Shown piece by piece: positions 49,974-60,532 of a DNA stretch of 64,000 bases. The notes below the pieces were generated by a model, which worked only from the letters and a program-made list of their open reading frames with translations, was not told the origin of the DNA and searched no databases. The DNA is from Alphaproteobacteria bacterium (GTDB lineage: Bacteria > Pseudomonadota > Alphaproteobacteria > Bin95), in assembly GCA_963665325.3 (NCBI GenBank), contig CAXXWS020000002.1, positions 544,001 through 608,000 on the forward strand, read 5' to 3'. The position numbers and the translations under genes were made by a program. Numbering within the stretch: position 1 is the stretch's first letter; each line of letters opens with the position of its first letter.

Positions 49974-50588
49974 ATGTCGCACAAGCTGTTCCGGCACTCC
50001 AATCTCTCCAACGCCCGGGTTTGGGATTTTCTGAAGCAGGTCGACGCGGCCGAGGCGGAGGCGTGCCGGGCGGCGGGTTGCCCGCGCTGCGGCGGCGCGC
50101 TTCACAGCGCGAGCTACCCGCGCAAGCCGCACGGTCTGGCGGCGAATCTTCGGAACGACGTTCGGCGCTTCAGCCTGTGCTGTTCGGTGTGCCGACGCCG
50201 CGTGAAGCCGCCGTCGGTGCGTTTCTTCGGCAGGCGCTTTTACGTCGGGGCGCTGTTCCTTGTGGTGAGTGCGCTGGCTGTGGCCGGCGGCGCGCGGTTG
50301 CAGACGATCGCGCGGCGGTGCGGGGTTCCGGCCTCGACGCTGAAGCGCTGGCGGCGCTGGTGGCTGGAAGCCTTCCCGCTGACCCGGGAGTGGCAGGCGA
50401 GACGGGGCGAGCTGGCGGCGCCGCCCGAAGAGGCGCCGCTGCGCCGGCTGCTGCGCATCATGCGGGGCCGTGGCTTCCGCTCGCGGCTGCTGCGGAGCCT
50501 GGTCTGGCTGATGCCGTGGACCGGCTTTTGCGCGCTCGGCGCAGGTCCGGCTTCGCCCGCAGAAAGCGTTTCTATGATGCACGGATAG
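49974..50588 (+). CDS. Zn-ribbon plus HTH protein (transposon ORF1)
   Basis: Identical translation to 42432-43046. Confidence 0.7.
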   Translation: MSHKLFRHSNLSNARVWDFLKQVDAAEAEACRAAGCPRCGGALHSASYPRKPHGLAANLRNDVRRFSLCCSVCRRRVKPPSVRFFGRRFYVGALFLVVSALAVAGGARLQTIARRCGVPASTLKRWRRWWLEAFPLTREWQARRGELAAPPEEAPLRRLLRIMRGRGFRSRLLRSLVWLMPWTGFCALGAGPASPAESVSMMHG

Positions 50589-50636
50589 GGCACCGCATCA
50601 TCGGCACCTCCACGAAGCAGCGAGGGGGATGCCGGA

Positions 50637-52112
50637 ATGAACAGCAACGACGGGAGCGAGCGTCGCGACCGGTGGGCGCGGTTGCGCTTCGCGGTGGTCG
50701 GGCCGCTTCTGGCCTCGCCGCCGCCGGCGGGGCGGCTGCACGCCGAGCTTGAGCGGCTTGCCGAACGCGAGTGGGATCACCCGTCCGGCAAGGGCCGGGT
50801 GCGCTTCGCGGTGTCCACGATCGAGCGCTGGTACTACCAGGCGCGGGCGGCGGACAACGATCCGGTGGGGGCGCTCAAGCGGCGCCCGCGCGCCGATGCC
50901 GGGCGCCCGCGCGCGATGTCGCCGACGCTGATCGAGGCGCTGCACGAGCAGTACCGGGCGCATCCGTCGTGGTCGGCGCAGCTTCATCACGAGAATCTGG
51001 CCGCGCGGGTCGAGGCCGATCCCGAGCTCGGCCCGATACCGTCCTACGCGACGCTGACCCGGGCGATGCGGGCTCGCGGGCTGGTACGCAAGCGCCGGCG
51101 CAAGTGGCATGAGAGCGAGGCCAGGCCGGCGGTCGAAGCCCGCGAGGTATTGAGCTACGAGGTCTCGCGCTCTCACGCCCTGTGGCACGCCGACATGCAC
51201 AGCGCCAAGCGTCGCGTGCTGACCGCCTCGGGCGAGTGGAAGACGCCGATCCTGCTCGGCTTCCTCGACGACCACTCGCGCCTCGGCTGCCACCTTCAGT
51301 GGTACCTCGCCGAGACCGCCGAGGTGTTCGTCCACGGCCTTTGCCAGGCCTTCATGAAGCGCGGTCTGCCGAGGTCCCTGCTGACCGACAACGGCGCGGC
51401 GATGACCGCGGGCGAGGTCGAGGAGGGGTTGCACCGGCTCGGCATCGCGGGGGTCACGACGCTCGCTTACAGCCCCCATCAGAACGGCAAGATCGAGTCG
51501 TTCTGGGGCACGGTCGAATCGCGCCTGATGGCTCAGCTCGAAGGCGTCGACGCGCTTACCTTGAAGATGCTCAACGACGCCACCATCGCCTGGCTGGAGC
51601 AGGACTATCACCGCCGCAAGCACCGCGAGCTCGGCATGACGCCGCATCAACGCCTGGCCGGGAGCGTCGACGCGTCGAGATCCTGCCCCGGCTCGGCCGA
51701 GCTCAAGGCGGCCTTCCGCATCACCAGGAAGCGCACGCTCAGGCGCTCGGACGGCACCGTCTCGGTCGAGGGCATCCGCTACCAGGTGCCACAGCCGTGG
51801 CGCCACCTGCGCGAGGCCTGGATCCGTTACGCGCGCTGGAACCTCGCCAGCGTCGATCTGATCGACGGTCGAGGCGGCGAGCGCCTGTGCACGCTGTACC
51901 CCCTCGACAAGCGCGGCAACGCCGATGGCGTGCGCCGTCCCGCCGGCCCCGGCGGCAACGATGGCAATGGCGGCGCGGGGACGGGGGAACTTCCGCCGCT
52001 GCTCAAGGGCATGCTCGACGCCCAGGCCGCAACCGGCCTGCCGCCGGCCTGGCTGCCCCATGACAAGACGCCCGGTCCGGGCGAGGACGAAGATCGGGGA
52101 GATGCGCCATGA
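50637..52112 (+). CDS. DDE transposase/integrase (ORF2)
   Basis: Identical translation to 40908-42383; D-D-E triad intact. Confidence 0.92.
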   Translation: MNSNDGSERRDRWARLRFAVVGPLLASPPPAGRLHAELERLAEREWDHPSGKGRVRFAVSTIERWYYQARAADNDPVGALKRRPRADAGRPRAMSPTLIEALHEQYRAHPSWSAQLHHENLAARVEADPELGPIPSYATLTRAMRARGLVRKRRRKWHESEARPAVEAREVLSYEVSRSHALWHADMHSAKRRVLTASGEWKTPILLGFLDDHSRLGCHLQWYLAETAEVFVHGLCQAFMKRGLPRSLLTDNGAAMTAGEVEEGLHRLGIAGVTTLAYSPHQNGKIESFWGTVESRLMAQLEGVDALTLKMLNDATIAWLEQDYHRRKHRELGMTPHQRLAGSVDASRSCPGSAELKAAFRITRKRTLRRSDGTVSVEGIRYQVPQPWRHLREAWIRYARWNLASVDLIDGRGGERLCTLYPLDKRGNADGVRRPAGPGGNDGNGGAGTGELPPLLKGMLDAQAATGLPPAWLPHDKTPGPGEDEDRGDAP

Positions 52113-52942
52113 ACCGGGAACTGCTCACCTTCTACGGGCTCAAGTGGAACCCCTTCGCCACCGACCTGCCGGTCGACAGTCTCATGGCGACGCCTGCCGT
52201 CGACAGCTTCTGCCTCAGGATCGAGCGCCACCTGGTGCGCCAGGGCGGCTTCGCCTTGATCGCCGGCGAGCCCGGCGCCGGAAAGAGTGTGGCGTTGCGC
52301 CTGCTCGCCGACCGTCTCGGCCGCTGCGAGGGGCTCAGCATCGCCGCCATCACCCATCCCTCCTCCCGGCTGTCCGACTTCTACCGCGAGATCGGCGAGA
52401 TGTTCGGCGTCGACCTGATGTACAACAACCGCTGGGCCAGCTTCAAAAGCCTGCGCGAGCGCTGGCTCGCCCATGTCGACGATACCCGCATGCGCCCCGT
52501 CGTGCTCGTCGACGAGGCCCAGGAGCTGCTGCCCTCGGTGTTCTCCGAGATCCGCCTGCTGGCTTCGACCGACTTCGACTCGCGCGCCATCCTCTCGGTC
52601 GTCCTCGCCGGCGACACGCGCCTGCTCGACAAGCTCCGCCAGCCCGATCTGCAGCCCATCGCCTCGCGCATCCGCCAGCGCCTGGTCATGACCAAGGCCG
52701 AGGCCGGCGACCTCGCGGCCCTGCTCGACCATCTGATCGAGCAGGCCGGCAATCCCGGCCTCATGACCGCGGGCCTCAAGGACACCCTGGTCGCCCATGC
52801 CGACGGCAACCCGCGGGCGCTCACCGTCATGGCCGACGCCCTGCTCGCCGCCGCCGCCGAGAAGGAGCGCGAGGTCCTCGACGAGAAGCTCTTCATCGAG
52901 ACCCTGGGCGAACCCGCCAAGCCGAGGAGGGCGCGGCGGTGA
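52109..52942 (+). CDS. ExeA-family AAA+ ATPase (ORF3)
   Basis: Identical translation to 40078-40911. Confidence 0.85.
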   Translation: MNRELLTFYGLKWNPFATDLPVDSLMATPAVDSFCLRIERHLVRQGGFALIAGEPGAGKSVALRLLADRLGRCEGLSIAAITHPSSRLSDFYREIGEMFGVDLMYNNRWASFKSLRERWLAHVDDTRMRPVVLVDEAQELLPSVFSEIRLLASTDFDSRAILSVVLAGDTRLLDKLRQPDLQPIASRIRQRLVMTKAEAGDLAALLDHLIEQAGNPGLMTAGLKDTLVAHADGNPRALTVMADALLAAAAEKEREVLDEKLFIETLGEPAKPRRARR

Positions 52943-53937
52943 AGGGCTTCCCGACACGGGCGCCGGCGGAGCTCGAAGAGCGCCCCCAGGCGCGCCGCTG
53001 GATGGTCGAGGCGTTGTGGTCCGAGCAGGGCGTCGGCATCGTCGGCGGCGAGCCCAAGTGCGGCAAATCCTTCCTCGCACTCGACATCGCCGTCGCGGTC
53101 GCCGCCGGCGTCCCCTGCCTGCGCCACTTCCGTCCCGCCGCAAGCGGCCCCGTGCTGCTGTTCGCCGCCGAGGACGCCGGCCATATCGTGCGCGCACGCC
53201 TCCAGGGCATCGCAAAGGCGGCAGGCACCGCGTTCGAGACCCTCGACATCGCCGTCATCGACGTGCCCACGCTGCGTCTCGACCATCGCGCCGATCGCCA
53301 GCGCCTGGTCGAGACGGTGGAGCGCGTCTCACCCCGCCTCGTCGTCCTCGACCCCCTCGTGCGCCTGCACGGCGTCGACGAAAATACCGTCGCCGAGGTC
53401 GCCCCCATGCTGGGCTTCCTGCGCGACATACAGCGCCGCTTCGAAACCGCCGTCCTCCTCGTCCATCACGCACGAAAGAGCGGCGGCTCCCGGCCCGGGC
53501 AGGCGCTGCGCGGCAGCAGCGAACTTCACGCCTGGGGCGATTCGAATCTGTACCTGCGCCGGCGAGACCGCCAGATCCTCATGACCGTCGAGCATCGCGA
53601 CGCCCCTGGCCTCGAAGACCTCGAGATCGAACTCGCCGACGACGACGAGCGCCCCGCCCTGCGGTTGCGCGAGACGCCGGAAGACCAGGCGCCGGAGCCG
53701 GATACCCCCGAACGGCGCATCCTGCAGGCCCTCGCCGACGCCGACGCGCCGCTCTCCCAGCGCCGGATCCGCGAGCGCGCGGCAACCCGGCCCGCAACCG
53801 TCGCCGAGGCGCTGCACAGGCTCGTCCGCGAAGGACGCGTCGAGCGCGCATCCGAAGGCGGATACCGCCTCGCCGCCCTCAACGGCAACGACCGCAGGGA
53901 CACGTTACCGAAAACCGTTACCGCCTCGAACCCCTAG
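52939..53937 (+). CDS. AAA_25/RepA-like helicase with winged helix (ORF4)
   Basis: Identical translation to 39083-40081. Confidence 0.75.
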   Translation: MKGFPTRAPAELEERPQARRWMVEALWSEQGVGIVGGEPKCGKSFLALDIAVAVAAGVPCLRHFRPAASGPVLLFAAEDAGHIVRARLQGIAKAAGTAFETLDIAVIDVPTLRLDHRADRQRLVETVERVSPRLVVLDPLVRLHGVDENTVAEVAPMLGFLRDIQRRFETAVLLVHHARKSGGSRPGQALRGSSELHAWGDSNLYLRRRDRQILMTVEHRDAPGLEDLEIELADDDERPALRLRETPEDQAPEPDTPERRILQALADADAPLSQRRIRERAATRPATVAEALHRLVREGRVERASEGGYRLAALNGNDRRDTLPKTVTASNP

Positions 53938-54103
53938 GGAGAGAGGGTAACGGTAACGGGTAACACCGCTCCCATTGTCACACTGCGTAAAGCGGCCGGC
54001 CCGTGGCCGGAAGCTTGCTTACGGCCATGGATGCACTCCGTCGGAGGGACGGCGGCGGGTCACCCGAAGGGCCGGAGCGCAGCGCAGGAGCCGCGAAGCG
54101 GCT
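53903..54103. other. Origin-like region: opposed GTTACC/GGTAAC hexamers and GNA-loop hairpins (mirror copy at 38917-39117)
   Basis: CGTTACCG at 53903 and 53916; CCCTAGGG palindrome at 53932; GGTAAC at 53946, 53952 and 53959; hairpins CCC-GAA-GGG, GC-GCA-GC and AGCCGC-GAA-GCGGCT. Confidence 0.5.
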
Positions 54104-54210
54104 TGACGCGCCGACGGCCGTCCGACACCCCCGCCGTCACGCCCGGCCCGACGCCTGAAAACCATCGAACAACGTGACCATCCCGCCATCAGATACCGAG
54201 AGCACACTCA

Positions 54211-57200
54211 ACAGTCCGTCATCGGTGGTGAGACGGCGGACGCGCATGTTGTCCGAGGGCAGACGGTCCCAGATGGGAAGCAGGAGCCCGGCGGCGAGCC
54301 AGAAACGCGACTCCGTATGGGTCGGGAGCTGCGAGGTCTCGTGCTCCCAGAGCGTGCGCCAGGTCTGCGCATCGGCGGGTTGCCAGTTGGACGAGACGAG
54401 CTCGGCAAGAGCCATGGTTTCGCGTGTGGCGGGCCGTAGGAGGCGGACGCGTTCCAGGACGGCGCCGTCGTCGGATATCCGCGAGGGTGCGGGAATTCTG
54501 ACGGCGGCGCGCCTGGAGCGCTGGTTGACCATCAGGATGGGGTAGCCGTCCGTGTCCGGGTGTTGGCGCCCGCTGGCAAGGGCAGACTCCGGGGTGGTGG
54601 GCTGGAGCCGGTCGCGGCGCTGGATCTCGACGATCTCCATGATCGCGCCGGTGGCGGGGTGCTCGTAGAGCGTTTCGCGCCCGGTGGCGGCAAGGGAGTC
54701 GGCGCGGACGGTTTCGACGCCCACCTCGAAGGAGCCGGCTTCGATTGCCTGCTCGATATTGGAGGCGATGCGGTTCTCCAGCTCCGCAAACAGCTGGTTC
54801 TGTTCGGCGATGGGCAGAGCCAGGAGACGGTTGAGGAAGCGGGGCATGGGCGGCAGGTCGTCCTTGAGCCCGCCTTCGTGCACGATCTTGAGCCCGGTCG
54901 ACTCCTGGAAGCGTTCGATGTTCCAGTCCTCGATCCTGCCGCGCCAGAGCGCGCTGTAGAATTGGCGCAGAGCCGCCTTGGCATAGGGGCTCTCCAGGTT
55001 GTCGCTCTCGCGGAACAGCGCGGCGTCGCTGCCGCCCATGGCGGTCTGGCTGTCGCGCTGGCCGCGTGTGATGGCGCCCAGGCTGTCGAGACGCCGCGCG
55101 ATGGTGGCGATGAACCTTCGCTCGCCCTTCACATCCGTGGTGACGGGGCGGAACAGCGGTGCCGAGGCCTGGTGCGTGCGGTGGGTGCGCCCGAGCCCTT
55201 GGATGGCCTGGTCGGCCCGCCAGCCGGGCTCGAGCAGGTAGTGGACGCGGCGCTGCGTGTTCTCGCAGCTGAGGTCGGCGTGGTAGCTGCGTCCCGTGCC
55301 GCCGGCCATGGAGAACACCAGGATGCGTTTGGTGCCGTCCATGAACGCTGCGGTCTCGGCGAGATTGGCCGATGTGGGGCGGGTGCGGAGCGCCAGGCGT
55401 TCGCCGTTCGCGTCGGCGATCCGCACGACCCGGCGCGAGCGGCCGGTGACTTCGGAGACGGCTTCGTGCCCGAAATGATGCACGACCTGGTCGAGGGCGG
55501 TCGGGACGGCGGGAAGTGCCGCCAGCTTCTCGATCAGCTCGTCGCGCTGGGCCTCGGCCTCGCGGCAGATGACGGGATTGCCGTCTTCGTCCGTGGCGGG
55601 CCGGCTCATCAGGTTGCCGTCGTCGTCGGTGAACGGCTCCTGCAACTGCACCGGGAAGGCGTGCATCAGGAACGAGAGGATGCCGTCCCTCGGGGTGAGG
55701 TCGATATTGAGGTCGTCCCACTCCGATGCCGGGATTTCGGCGATCCGGCGCTCCATCAAGGACTCTCCGGTGGAGACCAGCTGGATGACGGCGGAGTGGG
55801 CGGCTTCCAGGTCGGCCTCGATGGCGCGGATCAGCGAGGGGCACTTCATGCCGGTGAGCAGATGGCCGAAGAAGCGCTGCTTGGTGCTCTCGAAGGCGCT
55901 GAGGGCGGCGGACTTGGCGTTCTTGTTGAGCGTGTCCTCGCCCTGCACGATGCCGGTGGCCTTCAGGGCTTCCTCGATGTTCTTGTGGATGATCTTGAAG
56001 GCGCCGGCATAGGCGTCGTAGATGCGCCGCTGTTCGGGGGTGAGGGGGTGTTCGAGGATGTCGACCTCGATGCCGTCATAAGCGAGTGCACGGGCCTGGT
56101 AGAGGCCGAGCGCCTTCAGATCGCGGGCAACCACCTCCATCGCGGCGACGCCGCCCGCTTCCATGGCGGACACGAACTCGGTGCGTTTCTCGAAGGGAGT
56201 CTCGTCGGAGCCCCAGAGTCTGAGCCTGCCGGCATAGGCCAGGCCCGGAACGGTGGTCGCTCCTGTGGCGGAGACATAGGCGATCCGCGCGTCGGGCAAT
56301 GCGTTCTGCAAGCGCAGCCCCGCCCGGCCCTGCTGGGACGGCTTGACGTCGCCGCGTTCGCCCTTCGAGCCGGCGGCGTTGGCCATGGCGTGGGCCTCGT
56401 CGAAGACGACGGCGCCGTCGAATGCGAGCAGGTCCTCGTCCTCCAGGGAGCCGGCAAGCCACCTGACGATCTGGTCGAGGCGCGAGGGCTTGTCCTGGCG
56501 GGACGGGGAGCGCAGCGTGGCGTAGGTGGCGAACAGGATGCCCTCGGGATGCGGGATTTCGGCGCCCTGGCGGAACTTGCCGAGGGGTATGACCTGGTCG
56601 CTGTGGCCTCCGAGCGCAGTCCAGTCGCGCCGGGCGTCCTCGAGCAGCTTGTCCGACTGGGAAAGCCAGAGGGCCCGCTTTCTGCCCTGCATCCAGTTGT
56701 CGAGGATGATGGCGGCGACCTGGCGGCCCTTGCCGCAACCGGTTCCGTCTCCGAGCATCCATCCGCGCCGGAAGCGAACGGGGCGCGAGAGGGTCTCGCC
56801 GTCGGCGGTGAGCAGCGAAGTGTCAGGGACCTCGTCATCGCCTTCGGCAGACCGCTGCACGGTCTCCCATCCGGAGCCGATCCTGTAGAGGGCGGAGAGG
56901 TGGCCGGAGTGGGCTTCGCCGGCGAGCACGATGCTTTCGAGCTGGGCGTCCGACAGAAGGCCGTCCGAGAGGATGCGCCGGGGAAGGATCGGGCGGTGCG
57001 CGGGGACGGGTTGCGGCACGGCTGCCATTGCGGCGGACTGGACCAGCGGGGTCGGATGGGGAGTGGCGCCCTGTACGGAGACGATACCGGGGCGCCAGGG
57101 CTCATACGGGCCGGATCCGGTGGCGGCGGCAGCCGGGGGGCGGATCTCGATCGGAAGGGCGGCAACGGGGCCCCAGTCATGCGCCGACAGCGGCTGGGAG

Positions 57201-58348
57201 GGTGTGGTCTCCGGGTTGCCTTTACGGCGTGTCGTGACGGGCTTCGGGGCTGGTTTGCCGAACAGGTCGTTCGCGGGTGCGGCGGGGGATGCCGGCAGGA
57301 TCGTCAGCCGAGGAGGTATCGCGCCGGCGATCGCGGCGAGCAGCTCGGCTGCATTGGCGGCGTGCGCGTTGCGGTCGAGGGGAATCCCGGGCTCGTCGGA
57401 CCGGTCGATCACGGTAAGCCTGGTGTCGAAGCCGGTGCCGCGGCGGGCATAGGCGCGGCCGTCGATCGCCGTGGAGAATATGACCCGGGCGGCGGGGGAG
57501 AGGCTGGCGAAAGCGGCGTTCCAGTCGAGGCCGCCGGGGATGCAGGCTTCGGAGGTGATCGCGGCGAGGCGGCCGCCGGGCGGGAGCATCGAGAAGGCGG
57601 AGCGGACATGGTGAAGGTCGGCGTCGTGGCGGATGCGGTCGACGCCGGGTGTTGTCGAAAAGGGAGGGTTCATGAGGATGACGGTGGGCCTGACTGCCGG
57701 CAGGCGGTCGGCGATGGCTTCGGCGTTGAAGCGGGTGACCCCGGCGCCGGGAAAGAGTCCGGCGAGAAGGCCGGCGCGGGTCTGGGAATATTCGTTGAGA
57801 TGGAGGTTGCCGGACGCGTGGAAGCCGAGCGCGCATTCGGCCATGACGGCGAGCATGCCGGTGCCGGCGGACGGTTCGAGGACGACGTCGCCGGGGCGGA
57901 CGGCTGCGGCCTGGAGGAGGGCGTAGGCGAGAGGGAGGGGGGTCGAGAACTGCTGCAGGCGAACCTGCTCCTCGGAGCGCCTGGTGTGCGAGGGCTCAAG
58001 CGCCGCGATCGCCTCGAGCATGCGCAGCATGCGCGGCGGTCCTTCGTCGCCGGCGGTGCGGCGCATGTCGCGGCCGTACCGTTGCAGGAACAGGACGAGG
58101 GCGGCTTCGGCCGCTTCATAGGCGTCCTTCCAGAGCCAGGCGCCCTCGGCGTCGCTGGCGCCGAATGCGTGGATCATGGCCGCGCGAAGGGTGCCGGCAT
58201 GGAGCGGGCGGCCGGCGGCGAGGAACGGGAGGAGGGCGTGGGCCGCTGCGAGCAGGGAACCGGCATCGGTCGGTGCGGGGGCAGGATGGCTGGCATGGGC
58301 GGCAGTGGCGCGCGTGGCGGCGTCCGGCGCCGTGTGGGCGTCGAGCAT
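54211..58348 (-). pseudogene. Strawberry-notch family methyltransferase/SF2 helicase, 5' part (interrupted)
   Basis: QQFSTP, LEPSAGTG and NPPF (amino-MTase) motifs; GDGTGCGKG, DEAH, SATG and QGLGRTHR helicase motifs. Confidence 0.9.
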
Positions 58349-58600
58349 GGAAAGCTCCGTTCTGGCGATGGAAGTGCAACGGCCGCGGGCGGATGGCCCG
58401 ACGGCTCAATGGATTCGCAGAAGGAGGGCTTTCCTGAAGCTCGACGGATGGGGGAAAGGCGGTGTGCGGGGGAGAAGGCGCGGCGGCTGGGTCGTGTCGG
58501 CGCAAGCAGGGCACGGATGTGTGGTGCGCAGCTGATGCGCGGTCCGCGCGCCGGTGCCCTTCAGGTCGCTGGTGACAGGCGATAGGGCGCGCAGTGGCGC

Positions 58601-59362
58601 CTAGAGGTGGCCCTGGTCCCGGAAGCTGGTCGCGCCGGTTGCCGTGATGATGATGTGATCGTGGATACCGATATTGAACAGCCGGGCGGCTTCGACGAGC
58701 CTCTTCGTGATCTCGATGTCCGCCTGGGACGGGGTCGGGTCTGTCGAGGGATGGTTATGTACGATGATGATGGCGCTGGCTTGCAGCTGAAGGGCGCGGT
58801 GCACGATCTCGCGGGGATAGGCCGGCGTGTGGTTGACGGTTCCGGTCTGGGAGCGTTCGGCCCGGATGAGGTGGTTGCGGTTATCGAGGAACAGCAAATG
58901 GAGCTCTTCGATAGCCTTGTAGCCGAGGCGTGCGCGGCAGTAGTCGACGACCTGGCGGTAGTTGCTGAGAGCGGGGTCGAGGCGGTCGGGAAGCTGCTCA
59001 GTGGCGAGCAGGATGCCGAGCGCCTCGGCAAGCTTGATCGCGCAAATACCGTCGCTGCCCAGGCCGGGAACCGTGGCGAGCTGGTCACGGCTGGCTGCGA
59101 GGACATGGGGAAGCGATCGGAACGAGGCCAGAAGGCTGTCGGCAAGGGAGAAGGCCCTGTCGTGGCCGAGAGATCCGCGAAGCAGAAGGGCGAGGAGCTC
59201 CCGGGACTGGAGGGCGCCCGGGCCGGCGCGAAGGAAGCGGGCCTTGAGGACTTCCATCGGTTTGCCCAGGGGCGGAGGCCTGGTTGAAACGGAAGTGCCG
59301 GGGTCGTTGCGGGAGCCGGTGGAGCCGGCCGGAATGGGGTGAGCGGCGGAGTCGAGAGGCAT
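58601..59362 (-). CDS. radC: RadC family JAB-domain protein
   Basis: ELLALLL, HhH motif, GTVN..PAYPREI, HNHPS.DP.PS.AD and DHII motifs. Confidence 0.9.
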   Translation of the reverse strand: MPLDSAAHPIPAGSTGSRNDPGTSVSTRPPPLGKPMEVLKARFLRAGPGALQSRELLALLLRGSLGHDRAFSLADSLLASFRSLPHVLAASRDQLATVPGLGSDGICAIKLAEALGILLATEQLPDRLDPALSNYRQVVDYCRARLGYKAIEELHLLFLDNRNHLIRAERSQTGTVNHTPAYPREIVHRALQLQASAIIIVHNHPSTDPTPSQADIEITKRLVEAARLFNIGIHDHIIITATGATSFRDQGHL

Positions 59363-59408
59363 CGCGGTGATTCCTTGCAAGGCAAGTGAGGCAAACAGGG
59401 GATGGGGC

Positions 59409-59918
59409 TCAGGCGGCGTGATCGGCGAGCACCTGCATCGTGTAGCTGCACTCGGTGTCGCATTCGCCGCATAAGGCGGTCGCCTCATAGGTGCTGTGAA
59501 GCTCCCAGCGTTGGGCGGCTGTGTCCCATTCGGCCCAGGCGTCGACGAGAACCCGGGTGCTGCCGCACGTGTTGCATGTGGGCTGGAGGGGCGCGCCGGC
59601 GTCGAGGGCCTTGCGGGCATAATCGGCGAGTTCGCGGATGTGCGAGTGGACAGGCGGCCGCACGGAGCCGGAGAGAATGCTCTCGTGCAGGCGGTCGAGG
59701 CCGATCGTGAGAGCGACGAGCGGCGGCCGAAGGTCGTCCTGGCGGCGGCAGCGGTCGTCGAGCATTGCGGCGCCGCGGCAGCCTTCGAGGGGGCATTCGC
59801 CGGCGGGCATGACGTCGCCGGGCTGGACGCGGTCCCATAGGTCGCGAAGCTCGCGGGTATCATCGGCGGGTCCGTGCCACCCGCAGGCCTGGCAGGTGGC
59901 GGTTTCGGTGGCGGTCAT
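59409..59918 (-). CDS. Hypothetical Cys-rich (Zn-finger) protein
   Basis: CQACG, MPAGECP, CNTCGS..V.VDAWAEWD and CGEC motifs; AGGAG RBS. Confidence 0.65.
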   Translation of the reverse strand: MTATETATCQACGWHGPADDTRELRDLWDRVQPGDVMPAGECPLEGCRGAAMLDDRCRRQDDLRPPLVALTIGLDRLHESILSGSVRPPVHSHIRELADYARKALDAGAPLQPTCNTCGSTRVLVDAWAEWDTAAQRWELHSTYEATALCGECDTECSYTMQVLADHAA

Positions 59919-59929
59919 GCGGTTGCTCC

Positions 59930-60271
59930 TCAGGCCGGGCGCAGGGCGCGGTTGCGGAAGGTCGATAGTGCGCGGGTGACGGTCAGCTCGTCGGCGCCGG
60001 CGGCGGCTCCCCAGCCGCGCAGGTTGCGCTCGAAGTCCTCGACGGAGCCGAGGTGAAGATCGAAGAAGGGGTTGTCGCTGGTTGATGCCAGGACGGAACT
60101 GCCGGCGACGGAAATGTCCGTGATCGCGGGGTCGGTCACGGGTTCGGCGCCGATGAGCCAGCAGAGAAATGCTGCGAACATGGGCGACAGGGACTCGCCG
60201 CGGCGGGGGTCCATCGGGTGCGGTTTCGGCAGTGGGTCGATGGGGTGAGGCGGCATGACGGTATCGGGCAT
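59930..60271 (-). CDS. Hypothetical protein
   Basis: 113 aa, GAGGAG RBS, co-oriented with the operon. Confidence 0.6.
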   Translation of the reverse strand: MPDTVMPPHPIDPLPKPHPMDPRRGESLSPMFAAFLCWLIGAEPVTDPAITDISVAGSSVLASTSDNPFFDLHLGSVEDFERNLRGWGAAAGADELTVTRALSTFRNRALRPA

Positions 60272-60300
60272 TGCGGACTCCTCGGGGTCGGCATGGGAGG

Positions 60301-60437
60301 CCCCGCCCCGATTGTCCGGGCGAGGCAGTATTGGCGGCGGCTGAAGGTTGGGAACGGGCGCGTGCAGCCGCTTTGAGTGTGCTGCGGGTCTCGATTATGC
60401 GTTGGGTGGCGGAGGCGCCGCGTACGTAGATGGATAT
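60301..60437. repeat. Diverged direct repeat of 61061-61197 (3' end of the DUF2958 gene plus hairpin)
   Basis: Colinear at offset 760; shared blocks ATTGTCCGGGCGAGGC, GCTGCGGGTCTCGA and CGTAGATGGATAT. Confidence 0.8.
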
Positions 60438-60532
60438 ACGCGGAAGGGTCTTGGCGTTGGCGGCCGGAGGATGGTTGGACCGAAATTGCCGTTAGGATTG
60501 TCCGGGCGATGACGGCCGGGGTTGGAACGGGT

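Larger units (their letters stand above)
49827..54210 (+). mobile_element. 4384-bp Mu-like DDE transposon with AAA+ ATPase and helicase, copy 2 (5-bp TSD ACAGT)
   Basis: ACAGT at 49822-49826 and 54211-54215. Ends TGAGCGGGCGC and TGAGTGTGCTC (8/11 inverted match). Confidence 0.95.

Noticed and set aside
52109-52942. ExeA/GspA as part of a type II secretion or pilus system near pilN
   Set aside because: It lies inside the transposon ends, is coupled to the transposase, and lacks the membrane and peptidoglycan-binding parts of true ExeA.
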